Origin: an uncultured Chlorobiaceae bacterium
GTDB lineage: Bacteria; Bacteroidota; Ignavibacteria; UBA10030; SZUA-254
Direction of reading: 5' to 3'
DNA: 64,000 nt
NCBI GenBank assembly: GCA_964520905.1
Contig: CAZFQL010000007.1
Span: 39,603-103,602, forward strand
The notes beneath the pieces are model-generated. The model was not told where the DNA came from. It ran no database searches and worked only from the letters and a program-made list of their open reading frames with translations. Shown here one piece after another: positions 58,301 to 64,000 of this stretch. The number at the start of each line of letters is the position of its first letter. Positions within the stretch are counted from its first letter, which is position 1. The position numbers and the translations under genes are program-made.

Positions 58301-58984
58301 ACGGTACAGCGATTCATTGTAACAATATCCATCAGGATTAACGACTGGAATAAACCACATCTGCCGGTTGTTGACAAGATATGCGGCATCGGTATCAGTT
58401 CCATAATTCTGGAGTAACCACCACATGTAATATATTACAGTCATCATTCCTTCCGGTTCGCGCGCATGATGCAGTGCGGTGTAAAGCGCTTCAGGTTCAT
58501 TATCTTCTGCGACACTCGGATTATCAGAAATCTTAACAGCCCATATTGCTCGCCCTTCATGCGTATATCCGATGCTATCTCGCGCTGTGATTAAGTTAGG
58601 AAAGAGAATTCTCATTGAGTCGAGTTGTTTTAGAACTTCACTATAAGTATAAAAACCTGACATGCTTCCGAAACCAAATCCGAGTGCGTCAACAGTACCT
58701 GAAATGTATCCCGTCTCTGATTGAAGACTGATATCATCTTTAATCACCTCGTATTGAATACCTTCTGCCGTCAGTCTCTGACGCTCAAGTCGATTTGTCG
58801 TGAATTCCATCCAGCCGCCAATCTTCCCGCGTGAACCTTCGAAATCGATTCCTGTTTTCCAGATGCGGTCGAGTGTTGTTCGATCAGGAACCAACACTTT
58901 AATTTGAGAATACTGCTCACCTGATTCGGCAATCAGAATTGCAGGAATAAGTAAAATTAGAAAACAGATCGTAGATAGTTTCAC
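55322..58984 (-). CDS. Secreted M14 zinc carboxypeptidase-family protein with large C-terminal extensions and a T9SS sorting domain
   Basis: 1220 aa with a signal peptide. M14 motifs HAREPEG, WFIPVVNPDG and HTYGNYLIFPWGY. The C-terminal half shares the ...FDARW/FDVRF module with the neighbouring giant protein. The tail ...GVYFYRLTAQPLDGDPIVQLMDKMLLVK is a T9SS sorting domain. Confidence 0.75.
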   Translation of the reverse strand: MKLSTICFLILLIPAILIAESGEQYSQIKVLVPDRTTLDRIWKTGIDFEGSRGKIGGWMEFTTNRLERQRLTAEGIQYEVIKDDISLQSETGYISGTVDALGFGFGSMSGFYTYSEVLKQLDSMRILFPNLITARDSIGYTHEGRAIWAVKISDNPSVAEDNEPEALYTALHHAREPEGMMTVIYYMWWLLQNYGTDTDAAYLVNNRQMWFIPVVNPDGYCYNESLYRPGPPVYFGYWRKNRRNNSGSYGVDLNRNYGTYEMWNGPNGGSSTYPSDDTYRGPEPFSEPETFAIAEFMWSHNIQSCLNYHTYGNYLIFPWGYLTTETDDSLNFREFAFDMVSENRYTTGTDQQTVNYSTRGNSDDFMYSGTMTRTYAMTPEVGTSGFWPPTNEILPLAVKNLSANKYLSYVAGQYTILKRIEINDPDNDGQLTSGEIFTLSTTIRNKGLKDAENLTVTISSSLPGVTFSINSVTLSSMLARSDSTVNFSGMVIPDCPMTSAVNFYFTFTSTDGYFHRDTASTIIGSPITLLNDSANTGTGNWNIEGTWGITSNSHTPPYSFTDSPSGYYSGSAYNFLTLSAPLDLANYDFCTLKFWTKWAIEPTTDFAKIEVSSNNGSTWKSLRSKLSRPGSGYGIQYSGTWGYDGYTPGLDWVEQEIDLSQFKDQLISLRFSLISDGSDNRDGWYLDDIRIVAYRPAIPILRLSDNGVGIDSLIFGELTHSTAGIDSLLGERELPLKPPPGSFDARWRISGTYGTILDLRDTLSIDNSSNQYIAEFQPGPDGYPFTLRWNPQSFSRGGWHMRDGTTHGTLLNINMLADTGVIITNDAINCVEITHTMLDTIVFPILSGWSMVSVPMMTDNRMKSQLYVHAVSDAFAYEGSYVAKDTLEYGKSYWIKYSNADTIQYTGIPITRDTIQLPAGWSMIGGLGCPTLVSQMKCDPPPCRLFGYNGSYNEQELFNPGEGFWIKGPRNLIISCIKPSEALEHKINSTEIFQSFNSITISDNSGRGTKLYFGLDMDGNVSPADYELPPVPPEGSFDVRFASQRMVELFSSQTDKTSDATILIQSSSYPIKIDWNVHNTGIEQFELTDANGYIGIQSMLNEGSMLIANPDVKSVTLKKITSEFIPVKFSLYRNYPNPFNPSTTIQFDLPARSVISLNVFNVVGQQVESLISNQAYAGGRYYFNFDGSKHSSGVYFYRLTAQPLDGDPIVQLMDKMLLVK

Positions 58985-59111
58985 GTCAGAGGGTTTGGAT
59001 GTTGGTTATAATGAATTAACTCTAATATAGAGATTGTCTAATTGAACTTCAAGAGTCTTAGATTAAATACTCCCATATTGTCGTTTTTACGCAAAATCAA
59101 AGGGGAATAAC

Positions 59112-59140
59112 AAAAAAAGTCGGTTCATCACCGACCTTTT
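59112..59140 (-). terminator. Rho-independent terminator downstream of the SOD gene (symmetric, could act bidirectionally)
   Basis: Plus strand AAAAAAA-GTCGGT-tcatc-ACCGAC-CTTTT; a GC stem flanked by A-run and T-run on both sides. Confidence 0.6.
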
Positions 59141-59164
59141 GCCCGCCACTATTAATTATTACTA

Positions 59165-59911
59165 CTACTGACCCAATACGAATTTTTTATAGCGTTGGTT
59201 GATTCTTTCCCAGTGCAAATTCGTAAAGTAATTGTCGATGTATGCGGCTCGTTTCGCACCATCTTTGTGATAGTATGCATGTTCGAAAACGTCGAGTGAG
59301 ATGAGCGGCACTCCGCCCCAGATCGCGCCGTACTGATGCTCATCGACGAGAACGTTAAGTAAACGGCCTGAGTACAAGCGATCGAACACAAGTAAACCCC
59401 AGCCGCTTAACTTTGCAGAGACCGCTGTGGCTTTGAAATCTTCCTTCCATTTATCGAACGATCCGAATTCTTTCTCAATCGCCGCAAGAATATCCGGTCC
59501 TTTTTTAGGATCACCATCGCCGCCTAATACTTCCCAATATACATCGTGTAGTAATGCGCCTGAGTGATTCCAGGTAAAACGTCGTTTCAATTCACCGACC
59601 TCGCTGTAGTTACCATTTGCCTTCGAGCGGTCTGCAGTTTCCAATCCTTTCTCGATTGTGTTCAGGGCAGTAACGTAACCTTTGTGGTGCGTGTTGTAAT
59701 GCCAATCCGTAGTCTCAATAGAAACAACACTTTTTAAAAGTGATTTAGCTTCTTCATCAGAGTACGGACGCGGTTTGAATTTCCATTCGTATGACATATA
59801 TATTCCTTCCTTTATTGTTTGTTGTTGTTTGAAAAATAAATTCTTATCTGCTAAAGATATAATCCCACCGAGTATTGATGCCTTTACAAATTTGCGGCGA
59901 TTCACTACCAA
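59165..59911 (-). CDS. sodA: Fe/Mn-family superoxide dismutase with a twin-arginine (Tat) signal peptide
   Basis: 248 aa. N-terminal RRKFVKASILGG Tat-like motif. SOD motifs HYNTHHKGYVTALN and DVFEHAYYHKDGAKRAAYIDNYF...NLHWERINQRY. Confidence 0.8.
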   Translation of the reverse strand: MVVNRRKFVKASILGGIISLADKNLFFKQQQTIKEGIYMSYEWKFKPRPYSDEEAKSLLKSVVSIETTDWHYNTHHKGYVTALNTIEKGLETADRSKANGNYSEVGELKRRFTWNHSGALLHDVYWEVLGGDGDPKKGPDILAAIEKEFGSFDKWKEDFKATAVSAKLSGWGLLVFDRLYSGRLLNVLVDEHQYGAIWGGVPLISLDVFEHAYYHKDGAKRAAYIDNYFTNLHWERINQRYKKFVLGQ

Positions 59912-60435
59912 CCTATGAGTTTATTGTGAATATTATCGTTTGGCGCTGGTTCATCCTTGTTGTCTCGAATAGTTTCCTTGCGCATCTGCTTCGCGATACC
60001 GTAAATGAGTTGGTGGATAATTGGATATAGAAGCTCCGGTTTGTTTTTCCTTATCTCAACGGTTTTTCGTGCACCATTCGCATCAATTTTAAATATACAA
60101 GATGAATCGCCGCGTTGCTTTAACGAATCAATTGTCACTGTGATGTATTGGTCGCTAGCAGAATTGAATCCCCAGCCCGCTGCAAGCACCCCTTTTTGTG
60201 CCGCATCTTCTAATCGGTCAATCTCTATCCCCCATTTATGACTAAATGAGTCGGCAGTGATGACTACGTTGATACCTCTCCTTAATATTTCCATCGCTTT
60301 ATAATATGTTGCTGGACGTGGCGGTGAATGCCGCAAAGCTTGTCCAAAACAATTTGAACTTAGTGAGACGAGGGCTATGATCGATCCGAGTAAAAACCAA
60401 TTATATTTTTGCATAAGAACCTCCAATAGTAACAT
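59905..60435 (-). CDS. Secreted hypothetical protein
   Basis: 176 aa with a hydrophobic N-terminal signal-like segment (WFLLGSIIALVSLSSNCFGQA). No recognisable motifs. Overlaps the sod start by 7 nt. Confidence 0.35.
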   Translation of the reverse strand: MLLLEVLMQKYNWFLLGSIIALVSLSSNCFGQALRHSPPRPATYYKAMEILRRGINVVITADSFSHKWGIEIDRLEDAAQKGVLAAGWGFNSASDQYITVTIDSLKQRGDSSCIFKIDANGARKTVEIRKNKPELLYPIIHQLIYGIAKQMRKETIRDNKDEPAPNDNIHNKLIGW

Positions 60436-60444
60436 TATGATTAA

Positions 60445-60780
60445 TTAAAAAATCCCGAGTTCTAATTTGGCGGCTTCTGTCATTCTGCTCGGATCCCAAG
60501 GCGGATCCCAAACAACTTTTACATAAGCAGCGGCTACTCCGGGAACAGTTTGGATTTTCTGTTCAATCTCTCCGGGAAGTGATTGAATAGCCGGACATGA
60601 CGGAGATGTAAGCGTCATCTTTACTGTTACTTCGCCTTGGTCGTTAATATCGATATTGTACACAAGTCCGAGTTCGTAAACATTCACCGGGATTTCTGGG
60701 TCGTAACAGGTTCTGAGCGCTTCGACAACCTGCGTCTCCATCACGGTTTTTTCAATCGAACTTAATATTTTGTTTTCCAT
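60445..60780 (-). CDS. sufT: DUF59/MIP18-family Fe-S cluster assembly protein (SufT-like)
   Basis: 111 aa. ...VVEALRTCYDPEIPVNVYELGLVYNIDI...VTVKMTLTSPSCPA... is typical of DUF59. Confidence 0.6.
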   Translation of the reverse strand: MENKILSSIEKTVMETQVVEALRTCYDPEIPVNVYELGLVYNIDINDQGEVTVKMTLTSPSCPAIQSLPGEIEQKIQTVPGVAAAYVKVVWDPPWDPSRMTEAAKLELGIF

Positions 60781-60783
60781 ATG

Positions 60784-61236
60784 CTATTCTGTTGATACAC
60801 GAAATTCTTTTGATGTTAGCGCTGAATGTAATGTATGCCATGCGAGCGTAGCACATTTTACACGAGCAGGATATTCCGACACGCCCGAGAAGGCGGCAAG
60901 TTTTCCGAGAGTTTCAAAATTTTCGAGCGGGTCCGCTTCGCCTTTAACAAGTGAATGAAATTTCTTAAAAAGTTCTTCAGCCTCTTCGATTGTTTTTCCT
61001 TTTACTGCCGCGCTCATAACCGATGCCGATGCTTTAGAGATTGCGCATCCGGCTCCATCAAAGCTGATATCTGCAATGATACCGTTATCAATTTTCACAA
61101 AAAGTGTAAAATGATCGCCGCAAAGGGGATTATAACCGTCGATTTTCCTATCGGCATCTTCCATCCGTCTATAGTTGCGCGGACTTTTGTTATGGTCGAG
61201 AATGACCTCTTGATATAATTCTCGCAGAGCTGTCAT
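60784..61236 (-). CDS. sufU: SufU/IscU-like Fe-S cluster scaffold/sulfur-transfer protein (NifU N-terminal domain)
   Basis: 150 aa. Conserved Cys residues in NPLCGD, GAGCAISKASAS and C-terminal KCATLAWH. Confidence 0.75.
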   Translation of the reverse strand: MTALRELYQEVILDHNKSPRNYRRMEDADRKIDGYNPLCGDHFTLFVKIDNGIIADISFDGAGCAISKASASVMSAAVKGKTIEEAEELFKKFHSLVKGEADPLENFETLGKLAAFSGVSEYPARVKCATLAWHTLHSALTSKEFRVSTE

Positions 61237-62498
61237 TAACTAAACACCTCGATGACTCTATAAATTCCTTTGACGAGTGCATCGACCTCTTCTTTAGTGT
61301 TGTACATCGCAAACGATGCCCGTGCTGTCGCGGGTACTTCGAAGCACTTCATTAGCGGTTGTGCACAGTGATGTCCGGTGCGGATTGCGATTCCGTCATC
61401 ATCCAGTATCGTCCCAATATCGTGGGGATGAATATTTTCAATAACGAATGATATTACGCTCGATTTTTCTTTCGCTGTTCCAATTAGTCTTAATCCTCTG
61501 ATGCCCAGTAATTTTTGGGTCGCATATTCCAATATATCATGCTCGTGCTTCAATACAGCGTCGAAATCGATTTGGCGGATGTAATCGATCGTTGCACCCA
61601 TTCCAACACCACCGACGATGTTTGGAGTTCCCGCTTCGAACTTATGCGGGAGATCGTTATAAATGGTTTTCTCGAATGAAACGGATTTGATCATATCGCC
61701 GCCGCTTTGGTAAGGAGGCATAGCTTCGAGAAGAGATTCTTTCCCGAAGAGAACTCCAACCCCGGTAGGTCCATACATCTTGTGCCCGGAGAATGCATAA
61801 AAGTCACAGTCAAGCTCCTGTACATCAACTTTTAAATGTTGAATTGCCTGAGCGCCATCGAGTAGAACCGGCACTCCGAATTGATGTGCGATCTCAACCA
61901 TCCGCTTAACAGGATTGATTGTTCCAAGGACGTTGGAAACATGTACGACCGCTGCCATTTTTGTCCGGCTATTGAACATTTTTTCGTATTTATCAATGAA
62001 CAACTCACCCTTATCATTGATCGGTATAATCCGCAACACGATTCCTTTTTCGTCGCGAAGAATTTGCCAGGGAACGATGTTAGAATGATGTTCCATGGCT
62101 GAAATGATAACCTCATCGCCTTCCTTTAAATTAAATCTTCCGTAACTTTGAGCGACCAAGTTTATTGCTTCTGTTGTACCTCGGACAAAAATTATTTCAT
62201 GAGCGTGCGCGGCATTGATGTGCTTTTGAATCTTGATTCTTCCGGCTTCATACGATTGTGTTGCTTTATCACTTAGGAAGTGAACGCCTCTGTGAATGTT
62301 TGAATTTTCATCGGTATAGTATCTGGTCATCGCATCTATCACCGACTGCGGTTTTTGACTTGTCGCTGCGTTATCCAGATAGATGAGCGGTTTTTCGTTC
62401 ACCATTTGCCTGAGGATTGGGAAATCTTCTCTGATTTTAGAAACATCGAATGATCTCTTGATGATGCCGGTCTGATCTATGTCTGTTGCAGTTCTCAT
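61236..62498 (-). CDS. sufS: Cysteine desulfurase SufS (class-V aminotransferase, group II)
   Basis: 420 aa. PLP-lysine region SGHKMYGPTGVGVLFGK and the active-site Cys loop RTGHHCAQP. Confidence 0.85.
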   Translation of the reverse strand: MRTATDIDQTGIIKRSFDVSKIREDFPILRQMVNEKPLIYLDNAATSQKPQSVIDAMTRYYTDENSNIHRGVHFLSDKATQSYEAGRIKIQKHINAAHAHEIIFVRGTTEAINLVAQSYGRFNLKEGDEVIISAMEHHSNIVPWQILRDEKGIVLRIIPINDKGELFIDKYEKMFNSRTKMAAVVHVSNVLGTINPVKRMVEIAHQFGVPVLLDGAQAIQHLKVDVQELDCDFYAFSGHKMYGPTGVGVLFGKESLLEAMPPYQSGGDMIKSVSFEKTIYNDLPHKFEAGTPNIVGGVGMGATIDYIRQIDFDAVLKHEHDILEYATQKLLGIRGLRLIGTAKEKSSVISFVIENIHPHDIGTILDDDGIAIRTGHHCAQPLMKCFEVPATARASFAMYNTKEEVDALVKGIYRVIEVFS

Positions 62499-63859
62499 TT
62501 ATATATTTTCTAAGAGTCGTCCCTGTTTGAGCCGTGTGTATAAAATTCGATTCGTGAATTCCCGGATCGGTTCAATCGATATTCTATTGATTACATCGTT
62601 GGCAAACGCGTAGGTTAGGATATCGCGCGCGATCGATTCCTCGATACCACGGGATCGTAAATAAAAAATAGCATCAGCATCGAGGTACCCGATAGTTGCG
62701 CCGTGTGTGCATTTCACATCGTCGGCAAAGATTTCAAGTTGCGGCTTGGTGTTCGTAGTCGCATTGTCTGAGAGGAGCAACGTTTTGTTCGTTTGCTTGG
62801 CGTCGGTTTTTTGGGCATCCTGTCTGACAAAAATTTTCCCGTTGAATACACCCTTTGATTTCCCGTCGAGTATTGCCTTGTATAACTGGTGACTCGCACA
62901 ATTGGGTTTTGCATGGTCGATGGCAGTATGATTGTCGATCAATTGTTCACCCGTGGCAAGCGATAATCCATTCAGCGAACTTTCAATGTATTCTCCGTCG
63001 AGTGTAACAAAAATACTATTGCGCGCAACCGCACCGCCGATCATAATAGTATTAGAGGTTAAATTACTGCCCGATTGTTGATGGATGTATGTTGAACCTA
63101 TATGGTAAGACTTTGTGCTTTCTGTTTGTAACTTTGTATGTGAGACCACAGCTTTGTCAGCAACAATTAGTTCTGTTACGGCATTAGTGAAATATGTGTT
63201 TTCCGCGAGACCTATGTAATGCTCCACTATTGATACACGACTATTTTTTCCAACGATAATAAGCGTCCTGGGATGTATTACAAATGGAGAATCGATTTCA
63301 CTTGATATGTAAACAACATATATCGGATCATTAATTACAGTATTTGTCGGAATCAGAACGAAAGCTCCATCATCGATGAAACTAGTGTTCAATGCAGTGA
63401 ATGCACTTTGTTTAAACGATGCGTATTTCCCCAAGGACTGTTCAATAAGGTTAGGTTCTGACTTTAACAAATCACTTAGGTTCCCTATTTTTAATTGCTT
63501 TGAATGTATGCTGATATTCGAATGCTGTTCTGAGTACCGACCGTTTAGGAACACGAGTCTGATTCCACTGATGCTATGTAAAAATACCTTATTCAAATTC
63601 TCGTTCGATACATTAACTGTTTCCGGCTTAAGGATTTGCTTGAATCTCGCACGCGTAATAGGGGTGATGTTGGTAAATCTCCACTCTTCATCGTGAGTGG
63701 TTGGAAATCCCAGTTCACTGAAATATTCCATTGCTGAACGTCTCATCGAATGGATAGGTGATTTCGAATCGCCGTTGAGGTTTTTCTCGAACAGCTCAAA
63801 GTCAGTCAAAAAGAATTTTCTATAATCTCCCTCAGGAGCCACTTGTTCATTCTTATGCA
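62499..63859 (-). CDS. sufD: Fe-S cluster assembly protein SufD (SufB/D family)
   Basis: SufBD C-terminal beta-helix motifs (...[42 protein letters not shown]). It lies immediately downstream of a sufC C-terminus, which favours SufD over SufB. ATG at 63859 (MHKNEQ...); the track ORF uses an upstream TTG at 63917. Confidence 0.65.
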
Positions 63860-64000
63860 TGAACTTCTGTTTCCTCTTTAATCCAGTCGTAACCTTTTTC
63901 TTCAAGTTCCAGAGCAAGTTCTTTACCTCCGGATTTTACTATTCGTCCCTCTTTGAGTACATGAACAAACTCGGGGATAATGTAATTTAGAAGGCGCTGG
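63853..64000 (-). CDS. sufC: SufC ATPase, C-terminal fragment (truncated by window edge)
   Basis: Minus-strand translation ...[48 protein letters not shown] matches the SufC C-terminus. It overlaps the sufD start by 7 nt. Confidence 0.6.
   Translation of the reverse strand, partial: QRLLNYIIPEFVHVLKEGRIVKSGGKELALELEEKGYDWIKEETEVHA

Noticed and set aside
1-64000. Search for tRNA/rRNA genes and prophage/integrase signatures.
   Set aside because: No cloverleaf-compatible segments with conserved T-loop/anticodon features, no rRNA-like stretches, and no integrase, terminase or capsid-like ORFs were recognised.

Overview
This 64 kb window is from an AT-rich bacterial chromosome, probably an FCB-group organism (Ignavibacteria/Bacteroidota-like). 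That placement is an inference from three large secreted proteins with type-IX-secretion C-terminal sorting tails, two PorV/PorQ-like outer-membrane barrels, and genes that often lack Shine-Dalgarno sequences. Reading left to right: an outer-membrane barrel gene and an SppA-type signal-peptide peptidase; a tightly packed operon of five tandem paralogous PDZ–polytopic membrane–GAF–PP2C (SpoIIE/RsbU-type) sensor phosphatases with a secreted TPR protein in the middle (3479–19121); an IS200-like REP-associated tyrosine transposase flanked by clusters of REP-like GC hairpins (19122–20150); a cell-envelope glycan cluster (MsbA-like ABC exporter, ArnT/PMT-like and GT4 glycosyltransferases, LtaS-like sulfatase, GtrA, O-antigen-ligase-like protein); a thioredoxin-like protein; two PorV/Q-like outer-membrane proteins; a T9SS BNR-repeat protein; a lipoprotein; an M50 protease; a three- to four-gene accessory islet (34973–40080: Panacea/DUF4065 antitoxin-like gene, a gene with a PemK/MazF-like core, a small SD-driven ORF, and a 1115-aa protein with an N-terminal Mrr-type PD-(D/E)xK nuclease domain), which is the best candidate here for an undescribed defence/toxin module; and housekeeping genes on the minus strand (pepA, nrnA, korAB, ccdA, rplI-rpsR-ssb-rpsF, pth, rplY, prs, two giant T9SS cargo proteins including an M14 carboxypeptidase, a Tat-signal Fe/Mn superoxide dismutase, and a sufC-D-S-U-T operon). 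No rRNA, tRNA or CRISPR arrays were found.
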